Source of the DNA: Candidatus Dojkabacteria bacterium
Lineage (GTDB): Bacteria > Patescibacteriota > Dojkabacteria > B142 > OLB20
Direction: 5' to 3'
Length of the DNA: 64,000 nucleotides
Assembly (NCBI GenBank): GCA_030583785.1
Contig: CP129475.1
Span: forward strand, 614,535-678,534
Made by a program: the position numbers and the translations under genes. Positions 24,811-34,521 of the stretch are shown here, piece by piece (the stretch's first letter is position 1; the number at the start of each line of letters is the position of its first letter). A model generated the notes under the pieces. The model saw only the letters and a list, made by a program, of their open reading frames with translations. It was not told where the DNA came from and made no database searches.

Positions 24811-25440
24811 ATGAAATACTATCTCAATTTAATCTTTCGACCGAGTCTCTACTCAACTCAAGGCAATAGGTTTAATGCCAAGGCTGTTCTTTTAGTATAT
24901 ATAGCTATTAGTTTAGTAGGTGGCGTAATAAGTATTCCACTTGCCCTTCAAGATCCTGCTTTAATTGGTTTTGACAGAACCTTCATAATCACAATACTTG
25001 CCGGAGCAATTTTATTCTCTTACTTTGTTGCTGCCGCAATATATCTTGTACAGATTGCTGGATCGACAGTTTTGATAGATTCCAGTTCACCAAAACCTTC
25101 GTTAAAAGAAGTTACCAGAATCTATATTCTCTCCCTCGTTCCCTATATGGTATACAGCCTACTACTAACATTTATCTACCTGCTGTTTATACCGCTTGTT
25201 TATCTTGATGGAAGCTTCTATGTTGCCTACAACATATTTTCAACATTGGTTATCTGCACCACACCTATCTTCATGATTTGGAGTTATTACATTATCGTAG
25301 CGGCAATAAAATCTTACTATAAAACGACTACAGGAAACGCAGTCTTATCCGGGTGCTTACCTGTTCTCGTGCTGTATTTTTTGATCTTTCTATGTGGAGT
25401 AATGTTCTCGGTCTTATTTACTCTGCTCCTTTTGGCCTAA
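24811..25440 (+). CDS. Yip1-domain-like integral membrane protein
   Basis: 209 aa with five hydrophobic helices. The N-terminal soluble stretch followed by a helix bundle resembles the Yip1/DUF1282 family. Confidence 0.4.
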   Translation: MKYYLNLIFRPSLYSTQGNRFNAKAVLLVYIAISLVGGVISIPLALQDPALIGFDRTFIITILAGAILFSYFVAAAIYLVQIAGSTVLIDSSSPKPSLKEVTRIYILSLVPYMVYSLLLTFIYLLFIPLVYLDGSFYVAYNIFSTLVICTTPIFMIWSYYIIVAAIKSYYKTTTGNAVLSGCLPVLVLYFLIFLCGVMFSVLFTLLLLA

Positions 25441-26303
25441 CCGTAAACTTGGTCATAAAACCTAGTAATATTTTCGGGACTACCCGCAACTATTCTAAGC
25501 ATCTGCCTTGGGTCATTAAGCTTAGCAAGATTAATCTCGTTACCTTCCCAATCCATAATTTTGTGCCCTCCTGATGCAATAATTGTCTGAGCTGCCGCAA
25601 TATCCCAGGGATAACATCCTCCGTTGACCACTAGATTGTATTTACCGGTAACAAGACCTGTAATATCTGCTGCTAAAGACCCCGGTTGTGGAGCATCACC
25701 AAAACTGCGGGGATCGACAACTGGAGATCCTTTTAGTATTGAATATATCCTTCTTAGGGTTTCTATACTTTGGTGATTATAATGAGCGGCAACTCGCCAT
25801 TGATCAGTATGCAAAGTTGTTGGTCCTATTTCAACTATTCGTCCATTCCTCCAAGTATAAATATTGTTGCCATCTTCTCCCTGGTAACCAATTAGCATGG
25901 ATCCCTTTGCGGGCTGAATTATGCCTAGAGCCGAATGATCCGATCTTATGCCTACAGAAATCGCCCAGTTTCCCGTACCTTTAACATAAGAACTTGTGCC
26001 GTCTAACGGATCGAGATACACCGTGACTTCTGCTCTCTCTACAAATGGATAGGCCGCAGCATTTTCGGTATCTTTCTCTTCCATGACAAATGACAACCCC
26101 TGCCCTTCGTATACCCCTGCAAGCACACTAGCAAGATAGTCCTGGACTCTACTATCTGTATCCGTTACGAGTGAACCGTCTTCTTTACGGTATATACCTA
26201 CCTGACCAGAAGACAATCCTGCATTATTTTTTGCAAAAATTATTGCATTAGCAATTGGTTCAAGGGCTGGGAACTTAGCCACTTTGATTTCAAGTGTTTC
26301 CAT
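25437..26303 (-). CDS. inositol monophosphatase / CysQ-family phosphatase
   Basis: Motifs VTDTD, YLDPLDGT and WDIAAAQ (IMPase/FBPase/CysQ metal-binding signatures). Confidence 0.75.
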   Translation of the reverse strand: METLEIKVAKFPALEPIANAIIFAKNNAGLSSGQVGIYRKEDGSLVTDTDSRVQDYLASVLAGVYEGQGLSFVMEEKDTENAAAYPFVERAEVTVYLDPLDGTSSYVKGTGNWAISVGIRSDHSALGIIQPAKGSMLIGYQGEDGNNIYTWRNGRIVEIGPTTLHTDQWRVAAHYNHQSIETLRRIYSILKGSPVVDPRSFGDAPQPGSLAADITGLVTGKYNLVVNGGCYPWDIAAAQTIIASGGHKIMDWEGNEINLAKLNDPRQMLRIVAGSPENITRFYDQVYG

Positions 26304-26361
26304 GTTTTAATTGTAAAGTGGCTGGATTTTAGCATATATTTACAATATATTGATACGACAC

Positions 26362-26595
26362 TTATCTTTTCGAGATAAATTGAAATCTCGGAACGGCCTT
26401 GCCTTCAACCTGAACACTCTCGTTAAACATTGTTAGAGGCCTTACCCACAAAGCATTCTCGCCGAAATCTTCGCTCTTATACAATGCCCTGTATACCACA
26501 AGTTCCTCGAGTGTTTCGCTATGATGGGCAACACCTAAGACCTCGTACTCTTTTCCTTTGTAATGCCTGTATATCCCAAGTTGTATTTCTTCCAT
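26362..26595 (-). CDS. DUF1653-like small protein
   Basis: YRHYKGKEYEVLGVAHHSETLEELVVYRALY...WVRP pattern typical of DUF1653. Confidence 0.5.
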   Translation of the reverse strand: MEEIQLGIYRHYKGKEYEVLGVAHHSETLEELVVYRALYKSEDFGENALWVRPLTMFNESVQVEGKAVPRFQFISKR

Positions 26596-26597
26596 TG

Positions 26598-27548
26598 CTA
26601 TGATCCTGACTTGGAATAAACCCTAAGTAGAAACTTTTTTATCCAGCCTTCAAGAAAATCATGTTCTATAGCATGTAAATTTTCAAGGCGATGCTCATCA
26701 GTTTTCTCAGAAATGATCTCATCAAAATATTGCGCCATCGAACGGAAATAATACATGAGAGTATAGAAATCGGTACTAACCTTGTTTGGCGTAAAAGTAG
26801 GAACAACTTTGTTGTAACCAACAAAAAACTTACTGGACGGAATCCATGTGTCTCTTTCTGCCGGAGCCAAAAGGATTGAATCCCAGTCAATTATGTACAA
26901 GTCATTAGGTGATTTCACTAGGGTATTGCCACCCGCATCGCCATGCGTAATAACTTTTGGCAGATCAAGGCCGATCATTTGCTTGGTGAGCGACTGGAAC
27001 AAATCGTATTCAAAACGAATCCGCTTTTCGTACTTAAGTAGTATTTGTTTTAGCTTCTTTGTAACTTCGTCTGTTACTAGTTGCGAAGACAAGATGCCTT
27101 CTAAGCGTGACTCAAACGAATCTTTATAAGCATAGCTATAATCTTCGGTGGGAATTGGAACTTCAATCATTGCAGTAATACCATGGATTTTTGCAAGCAA
27201 GCTTCCAAAGGCCTCTTCGCTGTAATCATACGACTGCAAAGCATCAAAGGCATTAAATAGCACAAGGATTGCCTTATCAATCTCGACATAATAATTGTTT
27301 GCATTTGTGAGAATTGGCCAATTGATGCGATCAATTCCAGCCTTATGCATTGCATCAAGCACAGGCAAACTGGCTACTACTTCGGGTATGAATAGTTGTT
27401 TATCAATATATTTTACAAAGAACCTTTGCTTATTTTCTGATTCAGCAAACCATGTCTCGGCAACAAATTGTCTTGGTGCTGGCTTTAAGCCTAGAACTCT
27501 AAAGCCATAGTTATCTTCAATGATTCTTGTTATCTTGGCCTCAGTCAT
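26598..27548 (-). CDS. aminoglycoside/choline-kinase-like phosphotransferase (APH family)
   Basis: ITHGDAGGNTLV (Brenner HGDxxxxN catalytic loop) and IIDWDS (DxD metal loop). Confidence 0.65.
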   Translation of the reverse strand: MTEAKITRIIEDNYGFRVLGLKPAPRQFVAETWFAESENKQRFFVKYIDKQLFIPEVVASLPVLDAMHKAGIDRINWPILTNANNYYVEIDKAILVLFNAFDALQSYDYSEEAFGSLLAKIHGITAMIEVPIPTEDYSYAYKDSFESRLEGILSSQLVTDEVTKKLKQILLKYEKRIRFEYDLFQSLTKQMIGLDLPKVITHGDAGGNTLVKSPNDLYIIDWDSILLAPAERDTWIPSSKFFVGYNKVVPTFTPNKVSTDFYTLMYYFRSMAQYFDEIISEKTDEHRLENLHAIEHDFLEGWIKKFLLRVYSKSGS

Positions 27549-27563
27549 TTTTCGTTATTTTCT

Positions 27564-27986
27564 TTAACTCGATATTCCATTATCATATCCTGGCATTAAC
27601 AATGCTTTTTTTATTACCTTTGTTAATTCTTCTAGATTTATGTCTTCCATTTTTTTAAAACGAATACAACTTTTACCTACATTCACCTTTCCAAGTTTGT
27701 CTTTATATTTTTCTGCAAGGTACTCTTTTTCCTCTAGGGCGCAAACATATAAACTCATATAATTCTTCTGGTTAGCAAGAGCTATCAAAGGCCACTTCAC
27801 AACTTCTTTTTTGTAGTTTTTATAGAGGAAAGAACCGTATCCAAGCATGTTATAAGCAAAGAAGCTTTTAAGATCGGGAGAGAGTCCTTGAAGGAACTTG
27901 TGCAGGTAAATTATTGCTTCTTTTCTTTCCTCTGGAAGAGAATCAATATACTCGTTTATAGTAGTTGCCTTTGTTGGCTTGAACAT
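27564..27986 (-). CDS. DUF1801 (YdhG-like) domain protein
   Basis: 140 aa. N-terminal INEYIDSLPEERKEAI pattern and C-terminal LEELTKVIKKAL are typical of the family. Confidence 0.4.
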   Translation of the reverse strand: MFKPTKATTINEYIDSLPEERKEAIIYLHKFLQGLSPDLKSFFAYNMLGYGSFLYKNYKKEVVKWPLIALANQKNYMSLYVCALEEKEYLAEKYKDKLGKVNVGKSCIRFKKMEDINLEELTKVIKKALLMPGYDNGISS

Positions 27987-28029
27987 TTTACCTTGTAAAG
28001 AAAACTAGGTGCGAGATTCTGCAGTTAAC

Positions 28030-28121
<92 letters not shown>

Positions 28122-28241
28122 ACTATTACGGCCTTTTTACACGACGTTTTGGCATGGCAATTATAACAGTATCCGCCCAGATAATAAACCATTGAGTAAA
28201 TTCTTCTCTAGGTTTAGAATGAAGAATATTAGTATTCGTAA

Positions 28242-29057
28242 ATGAAAAAGCCCCTTCTCCTTAGATTGTTTGTTTTTCTGTCTGTGATCGGAACCATAAC
28301 TGTAAATGTTCTGGCAAACGCCTTGCCTATAGCAGGTAGAACGACAGCAGAAGTTTCCGATTATTTTCGGGTATTTTTTGTCCCAGCAGGATATGTATTT
28401 GCAATCTGGGGACTAATTTACCTGGCATTGATCTCCTATTCAGTCTTTCAACTGAGAAAATCCACATACAAAAACGAGCTGTATAACAAGATAGCTCCTT
28501 TTGTAATTGTGGGATCAATTGCCAATGCTGTCTGGGTACTACTTTGGCACAACCTTCAGATCGAACTAACGCTAATTGCAATGCTTACCTTACTAATGAG
28601 CCTGATTGCTATTTACTTGTTAATTGATAAACACTCAAAGAAAGATAATAGTCTCGCATACAACCTATTTGTAAAAGGTACTTTTTCCCTTTACTTAGGA
28701 TGGATCAGTGTCGCCACCATTGCTAATGTGACAAATATTCTATTCCTTCAGCTTTATATGTTGCCGGGTACGATGGCCGAAATTATTCCATCGCTAAGCT
28801 CAGAAAGGTTGTTATTTGGGTTAGCTAATGAATTATGGGCAGCTATTATGATTGTTATCGCTGGACTACTGGCAAGCTTATTTATCTTAAGGCATAAAGA
28901 TTATGTTTTTGCTTCAGTTATCACTTGGGCTTTATTCGGTATCTACATGAAGTTTCAAGAAACAAATCAAATAGCATTTTCTGTCGTGCTGGCGTTTATT
29001 ATCATGTTGCTGGCAATTCTTCTACCAAGAAAAGCTTTATTAAAGAAAACTAAATGA
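28242..29057 (+). CDS. multi-pass membrane protein, possibly TspO/MBR (CrtK)-like
   Basis: 271 aa, Trp/Tyr-rich helices (FFVPAGYVFAIWGLIYLAL; LYLGWISVATIANV). First gene of the crt-type operon. Confidence 0.3.
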   Translation: MKKPLLLRLFVFLSVIGTITVNVLANALPIAGRTTAEVSDYFRVFFVPAGYVFAIWGLIYLALISYSVFQLRKSTYKNELYNKIAPFVIVGSIANAVWVLLWHNLQIELTLIAMLTLLMSLIAIYLLIDKHSKKDNSLAYNLFVKGTFSLYLGWISVATIANVTNILFLQLYMLPGTMAEIIPSLSSERLLFGLANELWAAIMIVIAGLLASLFILRHKDYVFASVITWALFGIYMKFQETNQIAFSVVLAFIIMLLAILLPRKALLKKTK

Positions 29058-30802
29058 ACAGCGAATTAATTCTTCTTGGACAAGGACTATTTTCATCTGC
29101 TGTCATTGTCTGCTTGTTTATGACCTTTGTTTATCTAATCGGACTAATCAAAAAAGATAACGGAATAGTTGATATTGCTTGGGGAATAGGATTCTCTCTC
29201 ATTGCTGTTTACACATATCTAAATTTTGCAGGAAGTGCCTCTAAGCAACTCTTAATAACCTTACTAGTACTTATCTGGGGTAGCAGGCTCGCTCTGTATA
29301 TTGCGCTTCGCAACAAGAACAAAGGCGAAGACAAACGCTATGCAGATTTTCGCAAAAGATGGAAGAAATACTGGCCACTTCAAAGCTACCTTAAGATTTA
29401 CATGCTACAAGGGTTGCTTATGCTCTTAATATCCTTACCGATAATCATCGTTAACACACTGGGCTCGCCCCAGCTATTCCTTATCAACATCATTGGTATT
29501 CTCGTCTGGGAATTCGGATTCATATTCGAAACTATCGCAGATATGCAGATGTTAAACTTTAAAAGTAACAAAGCCAATAAGGGTAAGATCCTCAAAACCG
29601 GCCTATGGAGATACAGCAGACATCCAAACTATTTTGGAGAAGCTGTGGCATGGTGGGGGATTTTTCTTATCACGATTGGCTCTCCGATATGGTGGATTGC
29701 TTTAATCAGCCCGGTTCTAATCACTTATCTTTTGCTTAAGGTTTCCGGGGTAACACTTCTAGAAAAGAACTTGTCGAAAAGAAAAGGCTATCAGGAATAC
29801 ATCAACGAAACCTCTGCCTTTCTTCCGCTTCCACCAAAAACAGCTGACAACCGCTACACGGATATAGTTCTTCCACTTTCAATTGTTTTTGCGGTTATGT
29901 TTTGCATTGTTCCATTCCTTACTCCACTCCCATACATAAACACTCTAAGTAACGACGAACTTGATACTCCAGGTGCCACCTTTATTCAAATCGAAGGAAT
30001 TAAAACTCTATACCTGACAGCTGGTCCCGTTGACGGAGAGACGGTTATATTAATTCATGGATTTGGAGGGAACGCGTATGACTGGCGCAAAACAATCCCT
30101 TATCTTGCCGATCTTGGCTACAGAGTTTATGCACTTGATTTAAAAGGTTTTGGATTAGCAGACAAAAAACTGGAGGAGAACTACTCACATTCTGCACAAG
30201 CATCTTTCGTTGTTGCCTTTATGGACAAGCTAGGAATTGAGAAAGCTTCTATAGTTGGACATAGCATGGGTGGCAATGTTTCTGCACATGCTGTACAGAG
30301 GTATCCGGAGCGCTTCACCAAACTCATACTTGTAAGTGCGGCAGTGGTTGAAAACTCTTTCCCAATTGGAATTAATACTCTACTTCAGAATGAACCCTTT
30401 GTTCGCTGGGGCAGAATACTTCTACGAACATTCGTAAATGAAGATACGGCTTCCAATCTACTTGAAGATGCGTTGTATATTGACACAGCTATAGAAAAGG
30501 CGGATTTGAACCTACATACACAAATGCTTAGAACGGCAAATTGGGAACTTGCTCTAATAGGAATTATTCGCGACTCAGGCAACAATGCCTTGCCAAAAGG
30601 TTTGGACACAATTACAATCGACACAGGCATTATCTGGGGAGAAAAAGATTCGTGGGTACCCCCAAGTTCAGGGGAATCACTTAACGAGCGTATACCAAAT
30701 TCAACATATTCAGTTATTCCTGATGCCGGTCATTTACCGATGTTAGAGAAAAGCGACGAATTCAATAAATTGTTAAGCGAAAAACTAGAGAATGAAAACT
30801 AA
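29054..30802 (+). CDS. fusion protein: N-terminal DUF1295/ICMT/steroid-5-alpha-reductase-like membrane domain plus C-terminal alpha/beta-hydrolase
   Basis: GLWRYSRHPNYFGEAVAWWGIF (RHPNYFGE signature of the DUF1295/ICMT/PEMT superfamily). C-terminal ILIHGFGGNAYDWRK and GHSMGG nucleophile elbow. Start overlaps the upstream stop. Confidence 0.65.
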   Translation: MNSELILLGQGLFSSAVIVCLFMTFVYLIGLIKKDNGIVDIAWGIGFSLIAVYTYLNFAGSASKQLLITLLVLIWGSRLALYIALRNKNKGEDKRYADFRKRWKKYWPLQSYLKIYMLQGLLMLLISLPIIIVNTLGSPQLFLINIIGILVWEFGFIFETIADMQMLNFKSNKANKGKILKTGLWRYSRHPNYFGEAVAWWGIFLITIGSPIWWIALISPVLITYLLLKVSGVTLLEKNLSKRKGYQEYINETSAFLPLPPKTADNRYTDIVLPLSIVFAVMFCIVPFLTPLPYINTLSNDELDTPGATFIQIEGIKTLYLTAGPVDGETVILIHGFGGNAYDWRKTIPYLADLGYRVYALDLKGFGLADKKLEENYSHSAQASFVVAFMDKLGIEKASIVGHSMGGNVSAHAVQRYPERFTKLILVSAAVVENSFPIGINTLLQNEPFVRWGRILLRTFVNEDTASNLLEDALYIDTAIEKADLNLHTQMLRTANWELALIGIIRDSGNNALPKGLDTITIDTGIIWGEKDSWVPPSSGESLNERIPNSTYSVIPDAGHLPMLEKSDEFNKLLSEKLENEN

Positions 30803-32273
30803 ACATATAGTAGTAATTGGTGCGGGTTATGGTGGTCTTTCTGCCGCTGCTTTATTGGCACACAAAGGCTACAAGGTCACTGTTCTCGAAAAGCACAATC
30901 AACCGGGTGGCAGGGCCAGACTCCTAGAAGATAAGGGTTTCAAATTTGATATCGGCCCCTCCTGGTATATGATGCCAGAAATGTTTGATCGGCTATTTAG
31001 CCTAACCAACAAGAACAGAGAAGATTACTACAAAATTAAAAGGTTAGATCCGTCGTATCGTATATTCTTTAACCAGAACGACTCTATAGATATTCCCAGC
31101 AATGCAGATCAGGTGGGAGATCTGTTTGAAACCCTAGAAAAGGGTTCTAAACAAGAATTAGAAAGATATCTGGCCGATGCTAAGTACAAATACGACATGG
31201 CAACAAAAGAATTTCTTTACAAAAGATTCTCCTCGATTTTCTCGTTGTTAGATAGAAATCTGGTTCTGGATCCGGCCGGCTACGATATTCTTAAGAATTT
31301 TCACAAACATACAAAAAAATACTTCAAAAACGATCGAATTATTAAAATTATTGAGTGGATGATTACCTTTCTTGGAAGCTCTCCATACAATGCACCCGCG
31401 ATCTATTCGCTCATAGCACATGCCGAATTTAATCTAGGAATTTGGTACCCAGAAGGGGGCTTAATTAGCGTTTCTAATGGACTTGCCAAACTGGCAGAAG
31501 ACTGTGGTGCTGTAATTAAACTCAACTCAGAAGTACTCAAAATTAACTGCAAAGATAGCAAAGCTGTTTCGGTTACTACAAATAAAGAAACAATTCCTGC
31601 CGATGCAATAATTGCCAACTCAGAATACTCCTTTACAGAAATGTACCTTCTCGATGAACAACACCGAACATACGACAAAAATTACTGGGAAAAGAAGACT
31701 TACTCGCCGTCTTCCCTTCTCTTTTATGTTGGTCTAAATAAAAAACTAAAAACAGTGATTCATCACAATTTATATCTAGACGAAGAATCTGACTGGGAAG
31801 GACATTTTGACTCGCTTTATAAAAACAAACGCTGGCCAGAGAACCCTATGTTCTATCTAAGTGTCACATCTTGTAGCGATAAAACCGTTGCGCCAAAAGA
31901 GAATGAGAACCTTGTCTTTCTAATCCCCATTGCACCAGGAATCGAAGATACTCCAGAGGTTCGCGAGCACTACTTCAACAACCTGATTGATCGTTTTGAA
32001 AAAATTAATGGAGAGAGTATTCGCGACCACATCGTAGTTAAACACAGCTACGCCATTAACGACTTCGTTCGAGACTATGGGGCTTTTAAGGGCAACGCTT
32101 TTGGTATGGCACATACATTGTTCCAAACCGCTAACTTTAGACCAGATATTCGCAGTAAAAAGGTAAAAAATCTTTTTTATACAGGTTGCATGACACAACC
32201 GGGAATCGGTACACCACTTTCTATTGTATCTGCAGAAGTAGCTGTTAAAGAATTGAATAAAAATATTTCGTAA
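30792..32273 (+). CDS. crtI: phytoene desaturase-family FAD oxidoreductase
   Basis: IVVIGAGYGGLSAAALLAHKGYKVTVLEKHNQPGGRA dinucleotide-binding fold. 493 aa, CrtI-family length and composition. Confidence 0.8.
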   Translation: MKTKHIVVIGAGYGGLSAAALLAHKGYKVTVLEKHNQPGGRARLLEDKGFKFDIGPSWYMMPEMFDRLFSLTNKNREDYYKIKRLDPSYRIFFNQNDSIDIPSNADQVGDLFETLEKGSKQELERYLADAKYKYDMATKEFLYKRFSSIFSLLDRNLVLDPAGYDILKNFHKHTKKYFKNDRIIKIIEWMITFLGSSPYNAPAIYSLIAHAEFNLGIWYPEGGLISVSNGLAKLAEDCGAVIKLNSEVLKINCKDSKAVSVTTNKETIPADAIIANSEYSFTEMYLLDEQHRTYDKNYWEKKTYSPSSLLFYVGLNKKLKTVIHHNLYLDEESDWEGHFDSLYKNKRWPENPMFYLSVTSCSDKTVAPKENENLVFLIPIAPGIEDTPEVREHYFNNLIDRFEKINGESIRDHIVVKHSYAINDFVRDYGAFKGNAFGMAHTLFQTANFRPDIRSKKVKNLFYTGCMTQPGIGTPLSIVSAEVAVKELNKNIS

Positions 32274-32303
32274 AAGTGTACACCACTATCAACTAGTTTA
32301 TTT

Positions 32304-33122
32304 ATGGGCTCACAAGAAATCTTTAAACAAGGAAGCAGGACTTTCTACTATAGTAGCAAGTTCTTTCCTGCCGACAAATTAGAAGATGTAACAAAACTCT
32401 ATGCTTTTGTTAGGGTAGCTGACGATTATGTAGATAGCTTTCCACAACAAATCGATGAATTCAATAAATTCTACCAAGAATACAAATCTGCGTTAGCATC
32501 TAAAGAAATCTCCAATAATCAAATTATTGCCGACTTCATTCAATTAGCGAATAAGTATAACTTTGAAGATAGCTGGACAGAGAGCTATTTTGAATCAATG
32601 GCCGCCGACCTGAAAACCATTCGTTGTAATAATCTTGAAGAAACAAAAAAATATATCTTCGGATCAGCTGTTGTTGTGGGCTATATGATGTCGAGGATTT
32701 TAGAAATTGACGACAGACATCAACCACAGGCAGCCTTTTTAGCAGAGGCGTTTCAGTATATAAACTTCATTCGCGACATAGACGAAGACAACAAACGAAA
32801 CAGAAATTACTTCCCTCAAGATGAACTTAAAAAACATGGTTTAAAAGATCTTACATTTGATACTATCAGTAACAACAAAGATGGTTTTGTGAGCTTTATA
32901 AACGAACAGCTCGATAGATATTTCTCTTGGCAGAATCAGGCAATAGCAGCCTTTAAGTACATTCCAAGAAGGTACAGAATTCCTTTGCAGACAGCGGTAG
33001 AAATGTATTCCTGGACAGGAAGAACAATCAGAAAAAATCCTATGGTTATCTATGAACGCAAGGTGAAGCCAACAAAAACTCGAATCATACTTACAGGTTT
33101 AAAAAGAATCATTAGTCTATGA
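32304..33122 (+). CDS. crtB: phytoene/squalene synthase-family enzyme
   Basis: YAFVRVADDYVD (first Asp-rich motif of phytoene synthase) and a second region FIRDIDED. Confidence 0.8.
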   Translation: MGSQEIFKQGSRTFYYSSKFFPADKLEDVTKLYAFVRVADDYVDSFPQQIDEFNKFYQEYKSALASKEISNNQIIADFIQLANKYNFEDSWTESYFESMAADLKTIRCNNLEETKKYIFGSAVVVGYMMSRILEIDDRHQPQAAFLAEAFQYINFIRDIDEDNKRNRNYFPQDELKKHGLKDLTFDTISNNKDGFVSFINEQLDRYFSWQNQAIAAFKYIPRRYRIPLQTAVEMYSWTGRTIRKNPMVIYERKVKPTKTRIILTGLKRIISL

Positions 33123-33799
33123 ACTACTCTTATCTTCTCTTAAACCTAATCATTCTAATCGGACCTCTGCTTTTATCTTTTGAGAAGCGCGTTAGATACA
33201 TATCGAAAATAAAGCATGTTTTGATTTCAATTTTTCTAGTCAGTATTCCTTTCATTCTGTGGGATCAATACGCTACCCTCAACGGACATTGGAGCTTCAG
33301 CAAAGAACATACTACAGGAATCAATATTGGCATGCTTCCTATCGAAGAAGTCATGTTTTTCTTGACTGTGCCATTTAGCTGCCTTTTCGTCTACGAGGTA
33401 ATTAATTATTTCTTTAAAGACAAAAAAACAAAGGTGTCCGCATATGTATTTGCTTTTGTAGGGGCCTTACTAAGCCTAATTGCATTTACTAATCCGGATA
33501 AGGGTTATACATTAATAGTAAGCACACTTGGTTCGTCTTTGTTCTTTGCCTTGGCATTTATTAGGCCCGTTTTGGTTATGAAAAGAAACTATCTAATATT
33601 TCTGGCAGTGACACTTGTTCTATTTCTGGTTTTCAATTCAATCCTAACAGGGATTCCCATAGTCAGCTATGGAGCCGATGAAATCCTTGGAATACGAATT
33701 GGAACAATTCCCATTGAGGATTTTGTATATAATTCAGTTATGCTGACTTTATATCTGCTGGTTTACAATTGGTCAAAAATGTTTTTCAAAAAAGATTGA
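33119..33799 (+). CDS. lycopene cyclase-domain protein (two tandem CrtYc/d-type repeats)
   Basis: MLPIEEVMFFLTVPF and GTIPIEDFVY, two copies of the PxE(E/D) lycopene-cyclase-domain motif in a 226-aa, 6-7 TM protein. Confidence 0.55.
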   Translation: MNYSYLLLNLIILIGPLLLSFEKRVRYISKIKHVLISIFLVSIPFILWDQYATLNGHWSFSKEHTTGINIGMLPIEEVMFFLTVPFSCLFVYEVINYFFKDKKTKVSAYVFAFVGALLSLIAFTNPDKGYTLIVSTLGSSLFFALAFIRPVLVMKRNYLIFLAVTLVLFLVFNSILTGIPIVSYGADEILGIRIGTIPIEDFVYNSVMLTLYLLVYNWSKMFFKKD

Positions 33800-34521
33800 T
33801 ACTGTTAGCGATAATTGCTCTGACATTAGCTTTTGGCAGCATCTTTGTTCAATTGCCTGATTTTTTTTCTTTCGTTCCGGATTTAACATTGTTGCTGTTT
33901 GCTTCTCCGCTAATTTATTTGCTAATTAAGGAACGAAATATTTCCCACATCTTGGCTGCTACTTTCTTGTTTGTTGCCGGGTTCTTACTTGAACATTTAA
34001 GTTCACTTTACGGATTTCCTTACGGAAAGTTTAGTTATGCTAATGAATTCCTTCTCAATCTAGCAGGGACCCCGATAGTAATTGGTATAGCTTGGATGGT
34101 AATAATTATGGGGGTTCGCTTTTTAGTTCCAAAGAAACTTGGTCTTATTGTAACTTTGTTAGTCTCTGCTTTTCTCGCAGTTGCAGTCGATTTAGTGATT
34201 GATCCACCAGCAGTTCAGCTTGGCTATTGGACCTGGGTAGAAACAGGACCCTACTATAACATCCCGATATCAAATTTTTTTGGCTGGTTCTTGGCAGGTT
34301 TATTGCTGACTTCAGGAATATTTAAACTAACGGAGAACTCCACAACTGAATTTAAAGCTTCGGCTTTTAAGTCACTTTTCTTAATAGTCAGTTATTGGAC
34401 CTTTACAAGCATTATGCTGGGGATGATTGTTCCTTTTATCGTAGGGATCAGTCTGATGATTTTAATAAGTCGTGCGGGCGGTTTTGAAGGTCATGAAAAA
34501 CCGCCCGCACACCTGTCTTAG
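33769..34521 (+). CDS. integral membrane protein, possible carotenoid-modifying (CruF-like) enzyme
   Basis: 250-aa polytopic membrane protein translationally coupled to the cyclase gene. Assignment rests on context and topology only. Confidence 0.3.
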   Translation: MVKNVFQKRLILLAIIALTLAFGSIFVQLPDFFSFVPDLTLLLFASPLIYLLIKERNISHILAATFLFVAGFLLEHLSSLYGFPYGKFSYANEFLLNLAGTPIVIGIAWMVIIMGVRFLVPKKLGLIVTLLVSAFLAVAVDLVIDPPAVQLGYWTWVETGPYYNIPISNFFGWFLAGLLLTSGIFKLTENSTTEFKASAFKSLFLIVSYWTFTSIMLGMIVPFIVGISLMILISRAGGFEGHEKPPAHLS

